From Heterodontus francisci (lineage: Eukaryota): a stretch of 64,000 bases of DNA. The stretch covers positions 59,050,559 to 59,114,558 of the forward strand of contig NC_090376.1 of NCBI RefSeq assembly GCF_036365525.1, read 5' to 3'. Shown here piece by piece: positions 34,491 through 46,332 of this stretch; the first letter of the stretch is position 1, and every line of letters starts with the position of its first letter. The notes under the pieces were generated by a model that was given only the letters and a program-made list of their open reading frames with translations, had not been told where the DNA came from and searched no databases. The position numbers were made by a program, and so were the translations under genes.

Positions 34491-34612
34491 ATAGGAAAAT
34501 AAGAGCAGCAGTAGGCCATTCAGCCCATCGAGCCTGCACTGCCATTCAAAGCAATCATGGCGGATCATCCACTTCAATGACTTTTTCCCACACTATCCCC
34601 ATATCCCTCAAC
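34491..34612 (-). mobile_element. Short CR1 3' tail
   Basis: taggaaaataagagcagcagtaggccattcagcccatcgagcctgc matches the other CR1 tails. Confidence 0.7.
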
Positions 34613-34699
34613 CAATGAGCCGCTGCTAGGGCCACAAATTATGTTTTCACATTGCCGGTACTAGCCTAATGGGGCTGGCGCCCTAGTTTGCCATGGTCT

Positions 34700-35215
34700 G
34701 CTGCCAGCTTCATTAGGCACATGGAGGGTAGATATCGTGCTGGAGACGGGGCTCCAGGCACAGGGCCGAAAAGGTGGGGGAACACCGCCTCTGCCTTTTT
34801 ATGCCTCCCCGGATCGTCCTCCAGTCTTTTTGAATCAAAGCTTTAGGAGGCAGGATCCCCATCCCTTGAAAGACGTTAAAGGGACAGGGATCCCACCTCC
34901 AAGAGCTGATGGGCAATCAGAGAACCGGCAGCTCAGCAGTATCGGCAATACCACCGGGAGCAGTGACCACTGCCGGTACTGCAGAGGCCTTGGACTTAGG
35001 CCCAATGTTGGATCCCCATCTCAGGCATAGGTGAGGTAGTGTCGCTGGTGCCAGTCGAGAAGGCCCTGATGAGGGAGGGGGGTGGGGGATGGGAGGGTGG
35101 TCGTGCAGTCCAGGGGGAGGAGACTCCCAGAGTGTAAAGTTGTTCCCAGTGGGGGTCGTCTGTGGGCCACAAATTGGCCACGAAGGAGGGACTCCTCCCC
35201 CAAGCCCACATCTCA
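34700..35215. mobile_element. GC-rich Harbinger-type MITE interior (a TIR-like end of a similar element lies at 39589-39751)
   Basis: 34920-34990 resembles the reverse complement of 9280-9350. AAAACCCCAGCC near 39740 resembles the family TIR. Confidence 0.4.
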
Positions 35216-35364
35216 GGCTAAAATGAATCACACTTGAAAACACAGCTTTAACTTTAACAAAGGTTCAACAAGTGTTTTCTGAAAGATTTCTGTAGTGATC
35301 TGTTCACTGTTCTCTTTTTTTTCATTCATTTCATGGGATGTGGGCGTCGCTGACTAGGCCAGCT

Positions 35365-35729
35365 TTCAGGCTTGGGTCGGGCTGAGTCCGGGTCGGACCA
35401 GACACACATGGTAAGTTCTCTGCTGTTAAGTATTAAAACTAAAAAACTTACCTGAGCTGGGAGTCTGGGACGAAACTGAGTCTGCACAGTGAGTGCATGA
35501 CGGCACTATGACGTCATCATGCATGCACTGCAGCTTCCTACAGGTTCGGTGTCAGGAAGGTAAGTAAAGGGATGGTCAGGTCGGGCTCGGGTCGGGTCGA
35601 GTCGAGATTGGGCTTGGGTCGGGTCGGGCTTGATGCAAAATCGGAAGGACTAGGGCTGGGTCGGGCTCAGGTCTGTTGTGGTTCGGTCAGGTTCAGGTCA
35701 GGTTTTTTTTCCCGACCTGAGCAGGCCTT
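35365..35729. mobile_element. MITE fragment with (TCGGG)n subterminal repeats
   Basis: Repeated GGGTCGGGCTC motifs and end CCCGACCTGAGCAGGCCT. Confidence 0.5.
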
Positions 35730-35730
35730 T

Positions 35731-38700
35731 ACCAGCAGGTACATGATGTGCCCATGCTAGCATGCATATGCGATACACAAATACAAATAGAGACAGAAAA
35801 GAGCAGAAAAAAAAGTGGGAAGGTTTGAGGCAATATCTGAAAAGTTTTTGTTACGGTTCTTCGAACTCACTGTAGAGGCCTTGATTGTAGGTAGATCTTG
35901 ATTTTAGTTGGGACCCAGTATTCTTCTTAAAACTTGTTCACTGTAGGAGACTTTTCTCTCTTGGGGTTCATGTGTCTTCAATGGATTCAGAGGGTTGTGA
36001 GAAAGAGTCTTTTTCTCTCAGTTCAAACTCTCTGGGGCTAGTTCAAAAACCCTGGAACAGTCAGTTAGTCATGTGATCGGCTTTTCCAACCAGTCCTGGC
36101 CCCTGTGGATTGCATCACCTCCGCAGGCCCTGGATTGCGCTTCCCCACCCCGTCACAGTCTGGTGATCAACATCCATTGTGGGTTGAATGAGTCAGGGAA
36201 TGGTCCTTTGTCTACACAAGCACTTTCTGTTAGTATGCAAATATTTTCCATCCATGTCTGGCAACCCTTGTAACAAGCCTTCTCTTCTTCCCAGCAGCAA
36301 TTTGAAATTTAATATCCTTATGGCGAAATTAATATGCCTCATTCTTGGCAGGTGGGGGCCCAGCATGACACCTCCACACTCGGTGGAATGAAATGCGATT
36401 TGTGAAAATCACATTTCATTAAAAGGGTTGAGGAAAATATAAGATACAGAAAAAAACATGCACTTCTCTCATTTATTACCATTCATTCATAAATCCTAAA
36501 ACTTATTAAGCCTGTCTTTTCTTGCTGCCAGTGCTGCTTTAATTGCCCCCTTTTTGGCATCCCAGAAAACATTTTGTTCTTTGGGTAAGTTTTTCTTCAG
36601 TTTGCCCATTTCCATGGCTGCCTAGGTTCTTTGAGACGGTTAGGTTTAATTAGCCCTGAGTTGGAATTTTTTTCCAGGAGGGTCAATCCTGAACTCTCCT
36701 TCATTGATTTGCTGAGTCATGCAAAAGCTTTTCACTTCCGAGGATGGATGGTTCTCTTTTGTCTAACTGTGGGGGAGGATTCTTTGCTAATCTCCCTTTT
36801 GTCCTCTGGGACACTCCTGCCTGCACGTATTTGTACAGACTCGACTGCACTCCCCTGTGGCACTTCGACGAGGTGAGGCATCACCATCATGGTTTCTATG
36901 CTCCCTAGCTGCCTTTCTTTGTCCCTGCAGGTTCCTGTAAATGCTGTGAGCAACTCTGGTGGGGTGCTTCCAGTGTCTGCATTTACATAGGAGGATGTGG
37001 CGTCTAACCTTTCACATTTTTTGGGTTTGGCTAGACCAGACAGTAGGGATTTTCATCCGGGATTCCTCCCGGACTTTCTTTAACCTGCCCTCTTGGTCGC
37101 TTTTTCCCCTTCCCTTTCTAACCTTTTGCCAGACTTGTGCCTGCCTGTCCCCTTTTGTTCTCAGCGGGGGTCCCTACAGTTCACCAGCCCTCTGCTGGAG
37201 GGTCCTCCTAACACTGGTACAGGACTAAGGGGTGCAGGTTTCACTGTAGGTTGGGGTTTTCCCTCAACCTGGCACATGTGACAACTCCTGCAGTACTCCA
37301 CCACATCTTTGTGGCATGTTGGCCAATCAAACTGCTGTCTTATACGGGCTTTGGTCTTTTGTATATCGGCATGTACAGCTACTGTAGTCTTGTGGGCCTT
37401 TCTTACTATTTCACTCTGGTACCTCTGCGGCACCACTAACTGGTGAACTACTGTCCACTCCTTGCTCTCAGGTCTGTGAGGAGAACTCCATTTCTTCATC
37501 AGTACCTCATTCTTTAAATAGTAGCAGTCACGGACTCCCTGTGCTTCACTTTCAGACTGGGCAGCCTGTGCTAACTCTCACAATACTGGGTTGGCTCACT
37601 GGGCCTCAGCTAGGGAAAATTTATTTAACTCAATCGCTGGGTCTTCTAACTTTCCAAAGAAAGTCTCGGACAGGCAGACCTCATGGTCACCTGCCTGCAG
37701 TGCCAATGCAGTCTCCTCTGGAGGAGTGGGTTTGATTATGGCCTGATCCACTACACATGCAGGGAAACTGCAGGAGTCCGTCTTCTGCCACTGCCCTGTC
37801 TTTCTGACCTTCTGCTGTCTTTCTTTCACTACTGGTGGGGCTACCACCTTCACCCCCGCCAGATCATTACCTAGGAGCAGGTCAACCCTATCCACAGGCA
37901 AACTAGGGACAATCCCTATGGTCACCGGTCCTGAAACTAGGTCGCACTCCAGGTGCACCTACAGGTGTACAGGTACAGGCATACACTGTACCTCCAATAC
38001 CATCCACCACCATTTTGGTGTTCACTGCACTCTCCGGGGGAAATGACAGGCCTTTTCCCAGTAAGAGGGATCTAGTGGCTCCTGTGTCCCTGAGAATTAC
38101 TATGGGCTTGCTTGCACCACTCGAGTGGTATGGGGTTACTTTCCCTTCAAACAGAAAACCCTGATAGCCTTCAGGAATCCTATTAACTTTTTCTGCACCT
38201 GTAGTACTAAGCCTCCTGGGACTTCCTCTCACTGCAGTTAAAGCCACAGCTTGTTCTGCTGTGCTTTCCATTGGGGTCCCTTCATCACTGAGCGGGTGTG
38301 CCGATTAACCCTCCAGGTTTTCCCTTTAGTTTCCAGCAGTCAGCTTTTAGATGTCCTGCTTTAATACAATGGAAGCACACAGGTCTCTGGGTCTCACTCC
38401 TGCTCATTGCACCTTCCTTTTTGGCCAGATGAGGACCCCCTGTGTGTCCTGCTTTTCTTTCTCTCCCAAGACTGCTTGGGCTCCTATCACCTTCCCACCC
38501 TTTGTCCTTTTCGAATTTCTGAGGGTGACTAGGAAAGGTTTTCCCCTCGGAAACCGACCTATAAATTAAAGCAAACTCATCGGCCAGAACGGCCGCTTAC
38601 CTCGAACAGAACTACTTCTCTGAGATTCTCATAGCTGAGCTGTACTTTAACAGCCCTCAGCCACTGGTCAAAAGCCAGCTGCTTACTTCTTTCAAACTCC

Positions 38701-39588
38701 AGATAAGTTTGATTAGCTTGCTTCTTGCAGGTTCTAAACTTTTGGTGATAGGCTTCGGGTACTAATTCATATGCCCCGAGGATAGCAATTTTGGCAATTT
38801 ATAATTTGATGAACTTTCATCTGGCAACAGGGAATAAACCTCATGGGCTTTTCCTTTGTAATAAAAGAGGCCAGCTCTCAGCTGGCCATTTTAGCTGCCT
38901 TGCCAGTTTGTCAAAGAACACAACAATTCTTCTACATCCTGCTCATTGAATTTTGGAATTAGTTGAGCTAGTTTTAACAATTCTGTACCCAACCCTGAAT
39001 TACACTCCTCAATATTGGCCATGCTTTCACTGGGGTTACTCTGTAGAGTCCTTGATTGTAGGTGGATCTTACTTTTCGTTGGGGCCCAGTATTCTTCTTA
39101 AACCTTGTTCGCTGTAGGAGACTTTTCTCTCTTTGGGTTCATGTGTCTTCAGTAGATTCAGAGGCTTGTGAGAAAGAGATGGGAGCAGACAGGAGAGATC
39201 ATCGCAGTCTAGGAGCAAACAGTCTTTTTCTCTCAGTTCAAATTCTCTGTGGCTAGTTCAAGAACCCTGGAACAGCCAGTTAGTCATGTGATTAGCTCGT
39301 CCAACCAGTCCTGGCCCCTGTGGATTGCATCACCCGAGCAGGCCCTTCAATGCGCTTCCGCACTCCCTCACTGCCCATTGTGGATCAACATCCATTGTGG
39401 GTTGAATGAGTCAGGGAATGGTCCTTTGCCTACACAAGCACCGTCTGTTAGTATGCAAATGTTTTCCATCCAAGTCTGGCAAACCTTGTAAGAGGCCTTC
39501 TCTTCTTTCCAGCAACAATTTGAAATTTAATGTCCTTATGGCAAAATTAATATGCCTCATTCTTGGCAGGTGGGGGCCCAGCATGACA
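35731..39588 (-). mobile_element. Gmr1-type Gypsy derivative: partial LTRs (35731-36370, 39042-39588), gag, protease and integrase Zn-finger; no RT or RNase H
   Basis: Both LTRs start TGTCATGCTGGGCCCCCAC on the minus strand. gag: IPKFNEQDVE..WPAESW..AYELVPEAY.QKFR. Protease: ILRDTGATRSLL..LLLGNDLAG. Integrase: LVVPQRY..H....H...YCRSCHMCQ..PAPL.P.P, directly after the protease. Confidence 0.85.
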
Positions 39589-39783
39589 GCCTTAATTGGC
39601 CTCTGGGCAGGAAGGCCATCATCGGCCTATCCCGCCCCTGGGAAGATTGCTAGGTGATCCTGCTGCCACCCCACCCCCCTGCCACCCGTCGCAATATTCT
39701 ATGCCTCCCCACCTCCGACCCCATCTCAGGGGACCTCAAAAACCCCAGCCGTAGTGTGTGCTGCATCAGGATCAAACATGAAT

Positions 39784-40580
39784 GACGGCATTATGACGTC
39801 ATCATGCATGCACTGCAGCTTCCTGCAGGTTCGGTGTCAGGAAGGTAAGTAAAGGGATGGTCAGGTCGGGCTCGGGTCGGGTCGAGTCGAGATTGGGCTT
39901 GGGTCGGGTCGGGCTCGATGCAAAATTGGAAGGACTAGGGCTGGGTCGGGCTCAGGTCTGTTGTGGTTCGGTCAGGTTCAGGTCAGGTTTTTTTTCCCGA
40001 CCTGAGCAGGCCTTTACCAGCAGGTACATGATGTGCCCATGCTAGCATGCATATGCGATACACAAATACAAATAGAGACAGAAAAGAGCAGAAAAAAAAG
40101 TGGGAAGGTTTGAGGCAATATCTGAAAAGTTTTTGTTACGGTTCTTCGAACTCACTGTAGAGGCCTTGATTGTAGGTAGATCTTGTTTTTAGTTGGGACC
40201 CAGTATTCTTCTTAAAACTTGTTCACTGTAGGAGAATTTTCTCTCTTGGGGTTCATGTGTCTTCAATGGATTCAGAGGGTTGTGAGAAAGAGTCTTTTTC
40301 TCTCAGTTCAAACTCTCTGGGGCTAGTTCAAAAACCCTGGAACAGTCAGTTAGTCATGTGATCAGCTTTTCCAACCAGTCCTGGCCCCTGTGGATTGCAT
40401 CACCTCCGCAGGCCCTGGATTGCGCTTCCCCACCCCCTCACAGTCTGGTGATCAACATCCATTGTGGGTTGAATGAGTCAGGGAATGGTCCTTTGTCTAC
40501 ACAAGCACTTTCTGTTAGTATGCAAATGTTTTCCATCCATGTCTGGCAACCCTTGTAACAAGCCTTCTCTTCTTCCCAGG
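39784..40580 (+). repeat. Near-identical local duplication of 35499-36294 inserted with a 19-bp target duplication
   Basis: Constant 4285-bp offset with few mismatches. Flanked by ATCAGGATCAAACATGAAT at 39765-39783 and 40581-40599. Confidence 0.9.
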
Positions 40581-40974
40581 ATCAGGATCAAACATGAATT
40601 TTTCTAGGCCCAAGTATGTTCCCTCCATAGATGCTGCCTTACCTCCTGAGTATTTTCAGCATTTTCAGCTTCTGCTTCCTAGTTCCAGTATATACAGTAT
40701 CATGCTTTTGTTCACGTTGTTAGAAGATGGTTTGGTTGGTGCTGAAAATGGACCAGTTTGTGCTGTTATCCTATGATTAGTACCAGAATAACTCTTACAT
40801 ATTCCATGGTGTGACGGCCACATAAATGGTGTGAGAATATATTCGACATTTTACAACCTTCCAGACTCAACATTCAGTTTAACAGTTTAAGATCATAACC
40901 ACTGCTCCATTTTTTTGGATAGCAGATGCTGGTAATAATAGAGCTTTTGCCAGTTACACTTCCCCGAGACCCAT

Positions 40975-41332
40975 ACAAAAATAAAATACTGTGGAAGCTG
41001 GGAATCTAAAATAAAAACAGAAAATGCTGGCAATACATTAACTTTGTTTCTCTTTCCACAGATGCTGCCGAGCCTGCTAAGTATTTCCAGCATCTCTTTA
41101 TTTCCTCTATACCCATCCTTTGTTTATTTACTTCCACCCGATTACCAACCCATTTTGCCTTGCACTATCATCCCTATTGTCATTGAAATCACTCCTGCCT
41201 TCCACCTGATCACCAATCTTCCCTTTCGTCCTTTCATCCCCTCCCCTACTTCCTTGCCTCTATACTTGCTTAAAAGCTATCACATCTGTGACATTTTCCA
41301 GTTCTGACAAAAGCTCACAGAGCTGAAACGTC
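40975..41332 (+). repeat. Hammerhead-bearing Penelope-associated repeat, split by a Harbinger (continues at 47362-47448)
   Basis: ...gttctgacaaaagctcacagagctgaaacgtc | gttaactctatttctctctccacagatgctgc reconstitutes the family consensus. Confidence 0.7.
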
Positions 41333-41970
41333 AGGGCAAATCTTAACCTGCAAGGATGGGTGGGTGTCTGTGCGGGTGGCAGGTTAGAAGGTCAGAAACT
41401 GCTGGCATGTTGGGAAGTGGGAAGGAATCTGTGGAGTTCCGCATTTAACTTGAGTGCTTTCGTAAGGGTGCAGAAAATCCCCTTGGGACAGAGCTTAATA
41501 TGTTGAAAGGCAATTAAATGCAGTTTTAACCCAGGATTCTGTCTCTAAGTGTACAGGTTTCCCGGCCTTCCTGGAACTCGGCAGATAACGCAAGGTGGGA
41601 GGACAATGGAAATTGACGGGGCTGAGTAATTGACAGGGAAAAAAGGCTTTAAATAATGAGATTGACAGCTGCTTCCTTGCCTAAGTGAAAGGCTTTTTCT
41701 CACAGAAGGTGTTCTAAGAGTGTACTCTCGCTGCTTTGGAGGTGATTTCCAATATTTTGGAAGTCATTTCTGCTACCTTGGAGTTCTTTGCCTTTGATCT
41801 GCACTTCCCAGCTGTCAGAGTTCCCAGCAGCGTGCAAGCCACTTATGCAGCTGTACCTTGGGGCTCAGATAAGGAACAAGAGTAGCAGCAGGAGCAATAG
41901 CAGCAGCCTTCTGCCTGAATAACCGCCACACAACAGGATAGATGAGATCTCCAGCTCATAGGAGGCAATA

Positions 41971-42114
41971 CCCTCACAGAGTATACAGGCAGAGGATTAA
42001 TTTACCCCTCACACAGAGTATACAGGCAGAGGATTAATTTACCCCTCACACAGAGTATACAGGCAGAGGATTAATTTACCCCTCACACAGAGTATACAGG
42101 CAGAGGATTAATTT
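41971..42114. repeat. 37-bp tandem repeat, 4 copies
   Basis: Unit CCCCTCACACAGAGTATACAGGCAGAGGATTAATTTA. Copies 2-4 are essentially identical. Confidence 0.95.
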
Positions 42115-42177
42115 TCTGAACATAATTGAGTCAGTGCCTTAGGAGGCTCAAACTTTCTTGTCAGGTGGTTTCTGATA

Positions 42178-43485
42178 TTAGAACATTACAGCGCAGTACA
42201 GGCCCTTCTGCCCTCGATGTTGCGCCGACCTGTGAAACCATCTGACCTACACTATTCCATTTTCATCCATATGTCTATCCAATGACCACTTAAATGCCCT
42301 TAAAGTTGGCGAGTCTACTACTGTTGCAGGCAGGGCGTTCCACACCCCTACTACTCTCTGAGTAAAGAAACTACCTCTAACATCTGTCCTATATCTATCA
42401 CCCCTCAACTTAAAGCTATGTCCCCTCGTGTTTGCCATCACCATCTGAGGAAAAAGACTCTCACTATCCACCCTATCTAACCCTCTGATTATCTTATATG
42501 TCTCTATTAAGTCACCTCTCCTCCTCCTTCTCTCCAACGAAAACAACCTCAAGTCCCTCAGCCTTTCCTCGTAAGACCTTCCCTCCATACCAGGCAACAT
42601 CCTAGTAAATCTCCTCTGCACCCTTTCCAAAGCTTCCACATCCTTCCTATAATGCAAGCAATACTCCAGGTGCGGTCTCACCAGAGCTTTGTACAGCTGC
42701 AGCATGACCTCGTGGCTCCGAAACTCGATCCCCCTACTAATAAAAGCTAACACACCATATGCCTTCTTAACAGCCCTATTAACCTGGGTAGCAACTTTCA
42801 GGGATTTATGTACCTGGACACCAAGATCTCTCTGTTCATCTACACTACCAAGAATCTTCCCATTAGCCCAGTACTCTGCATTCCTGTTACTCCTTCCAAA
42901 GTGAATCACCTCACACTTTTCCGCATTAGACTCCATTTGCCATCTCTCAGCCCGGCTCTGCAGCCTTTCTATGTCCCTCTGTACCCTACAACATCCTTCG
43001 GCACTATCCACAACTCCACCGACCTTCGTGTCATCCGCAAATTTACTAACCCACCCTTCTACACCCTCTTCCAGGTCATTTATAAAAATGACAAACAGCA
43101 GTGGCCCCAAAACAGATCCTTGCGGTACACCACTAGTAACTAAACTCCAGGATGAACGTTTGCCATCAACCGCCACCCTCTGTCTTCTTTCAGCTAGCCA
43201 ATTTCTGATCCAAAGCTCTAAATCACCTTCAACCCCATACTTCCGTATTTTCTGCAATAGCCTACCGTGGGGAACCTTATCAAACGCCTTACTGAAATCT
43301 ATATACACCACATCCACTGCTTTACCCTCATCCACCTGTTTGGTCACCTTCTCGAAAAACTCAATAAGGTTTGTGAGGCACGACCTACCTTTCACAAAAC
43401 CGTGCTGACTATCGCTAATGAACTTATTCTTTTCAAGATGATTATAAATCCTGTCTCTTATAACCTTTTCCAACATTTTACCCAA
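42178..43485 (-). mobile_element. Young 5'-truncated CR1 LINE with an open RT frame
   Basis: QHGFVKGRSCLTNL, DFSKAFDKVPH, GVPQGSVLGP and KFADDTK, with a small in-frame deletion after HLEYC. Confidence 0.95.
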
Positions 43486-45520
43486 CAGCCTCCTGGAACA
43501 AGAGCTCCTGCCAAGTGGACTAGGTGAACATGTATTGCCAGTGGCCATCAAGACCACCACAGTCCTGAATTTCTTTGCCTCCAGCTCCTTTGAGGGATCT
43601 GCTGGTGACATCTGTATACTCTCACAATCTGCTGCCCACAAGTGCAACTCCCAGATGACAGATGCCATGTCAGGGCTGGCACTCGTGTGCATTCACTACC
43701 GATGAGGCTAGTCAGAATGAGAAGGCCCTAGGATTTGCAGCTCATGCTGGATTCCCACAGGATTGCATACATGTGGCAATCAAGGCACCCTCAGATCACC
43801 CAGAAATATTCATCAATTGAAAAGAATTCCACTCCATCAATGTTCAGCTGATATCAAACACTTAAAGATCATCATGCATGTCTGTGCAAGATACCCAGGA
43901 AGAGGCCATGATTCCTTCATCCTGCATCAGTCAAATTTCCCAGAGATCTTTGCATCTCCAAGCAGAGTCAGTGGATGACTCCTTAGCTCTCAGGATGTGG
44001 CTGATGACACCTGTGAGGAGTCCTACCACTGACACCCAGGAAAGGTAAAACCAAAGTCACATGAGCACAAGAGTGATCATTGAGCAGGCCATCGGACTGT
44101 TGAAGATGTGATTTTTGGGCCTGGAGAGACCTGCAGGTGCCCTTCAGTATGCGCATCCAGATCTGTCCAGGCACCTGAATGATAGCGGTCTGTTGTGCCC
44201 TGCACAACATATTGTTGCAGAGAGAACTGAAGGAGCTCCAGGAGGAGGAAGATGATGAGTGCTGTACATCTTTGAAGGAAGAGAAGGAGGAGCAGGGGCT
44301 CGAGGTGGTGAGGGCACCTGTAGCTGCTCACTTAGCTGCCAGGTTGGCCTGGATGGACTCATTCAGACATGCTTCAGTTAATCTGAGGCAGTGCAGCCAT
44401 CTGGCTAACCAATTCTGAACCCACTGGAAACCCTTCCCCCAGCCTCCAGCACAAAGCAGTCCCATAATCACAATTCCTCCCTCTCATTGACACCCATTAT
44501 TCATCTCTTGCTTTTGCCAAATCATTTTAAACAGGGTAGAAGGTCAGGGAACAATGGAGAGGATGGGACATAGAGCTTTGCAGTAAAGTTTATGGTTTAT
44601 AAACATTGAACAGAATATGACAATGTAACACATGTCACAGACTTAAGTGATTATCCTTGTGCAACTACAAATCCTTTGTCTTGCTTTTCCTATTACTCCT
44701 GTATGCTGCAACTCCTGTGGCTTCAGCAGTGCTCGAGGCAGGCTACTCTTTCCCCTGCTCTGACTGTTCAGATGTTCTTGATCGATGTCTGCTGGGTTTG
44801 GAGCCCATGAGGGCCCAGCCAGAGACTGCCTCACTTGCACCTCTGGGACACAAGGCAGCATTTGTGGCTCTGACTGAGAAAGGGAAAGGAGTGAAAGTGC
44901 TTTGAGCAGAGTCTCCCCTTCCATGTGCCCTTTCTCTATCTTTCTTCTCATGGTTCACCCACATATCCTACTAGCCAAATGCTGGAGAGCACTTTGCTGC
45001 ACTTGAGTGAGGCACTGAATGGCCAAGGCGAGGATTTCCTCCATCCTGCTTAAGGTGACAGTCTGTGTGTGTGGGCCATTGGTGTGGGCCAGCATGCACT
45101 CAGTTGTCTGCGATGTCTGAGGCTCTATGCAGGTAACAACTCTTTCCATGGACACAGGCATCAATGTGAAGGCCTGAGACATCATGGCACTCATGTTTGA
45201 GATGGACGCCTCCAATTTTTCCCCAATCCTCTACAGTCCCTCTGGAAATCCTGACAGAACCTCACACATTTTCTGTTACTGCTCCAAAATATTCCTCTTC
45301 ATCAATGACTCCCATGGCTCATCATCTTCATCCAGCTGAGAAGAACTTGGAGGGTCCTATGCCCTCAGATGAGGACTCCCCATGCTGTACCTGTCTCCAG
45401 CATCTGTTCCTGCAAACTTGTGATGCTCGCGTCTTGGCAAATCCACCAAGATGTGCACATCTGAGTTGGTGGCAGGTGTGCATGAGTCACATGACGTGCT
45501 TCTCCAGAGTGAGTGGCCTC

Positions 45521-45941
45521 TTAGAATCATAGAATGATAGAATCATAAAAAGTTTACCGCACAGAAAGAGGCCACTTGGCCCATCGTGTCTGTGCCGGCC
45601 GAAAAACGATCCACCCAGTCTAATCCCACCTTCCAGCATTTGGTCCATAGCCTTGCAGATTACGGCACTTGAGGTGCATATCCATACTCCTTTTGAAGAA
45701 GTTGAGGGCTTCTGCCTCAACTACTCTTTCAGGCAGTTAGTGCCAGATCCCCACCACCCTTTAGATGAAAAACTTTTCCTCATCTCCTCTCTAATCTTTC
45801 TACCAATCACTTTATATCTATGCTCCCTAGTCACTGACCTCTCTGCTAAGATAAATAGGCCATTCACCTCCACTTTATCCAGGCCCCTCAAATTTTGGTA
45901 CATTTCAATTAGATCTCCCCTCAACATTCCCTGCTCCAAGG
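45521..45941 (-). mobile_element. CR1 LINE 3' fragment
   Basis: (TAGAATCA)n tail and LRGDLIEMYQ.LRGLDKV motif. Confidence 0.85.
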
Positions 45942-46295
45942 AGTCTGAGAAGTCTTCTTCCTCCTCCAGCACCAGCTCCTGAGGGATATTTTCAGGACCT
46001 GTGGGAGATGAAAATCATGAATTAGAACTGACGTGATGAGAGGGTTCAAAGTTATCATTGCGGAGATCACCATATTCCAGTGGCAGATATCTGGGAGACC
46101 CCCATCTCTCCATCGCTAGTGGCCAGGCATGACCTACCTCCAGCACCTCTTCTTCCACATTAGAAGCAAGGTGGCTATGGCTGGGGCCACCCCTAGGTTC
46201 GCTGTCTCTTTCTGGTGTTAATGGTAGGTTAATTATGTTGTTAAAGATACACAGGTGAAGGACATTGTTTAATTAAGGACGTGGAGCAGATATAA

Positions 46296-46332
46296 AGTTC
46301 TGATGAAAGGTCAGAGACCTGAAACTTTAACT
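46296..46332 (+). ncRNA. Minimal type I hammerhead ribozyme motif (second family)
   Basis: AGTT-CTGATGA-A-AGGTC(AGA)GACCT-GAAA-CTTT-AACT (stem II as AGGTC/GACCT): stem I AGTT/AACT, canonical boxes and a 5-bp stem II. Stem III is mutated from the family AACGTT. Confidence 0.6.

Noticed and set aside
41971-42114. CRISPR-like array (37-bp repeats)
   Set aside because: The units are head-to-tail with no unique spacers, in a eukaryotic context with no cas genes.
42247-43692. 481-aa ORF as a novel RT fusion protein
   Set aside because: The N-terminal ~70 codons are the antisense strand of the HARBI1-like pseudogene, read through by chance into a truncated CR1 RT.
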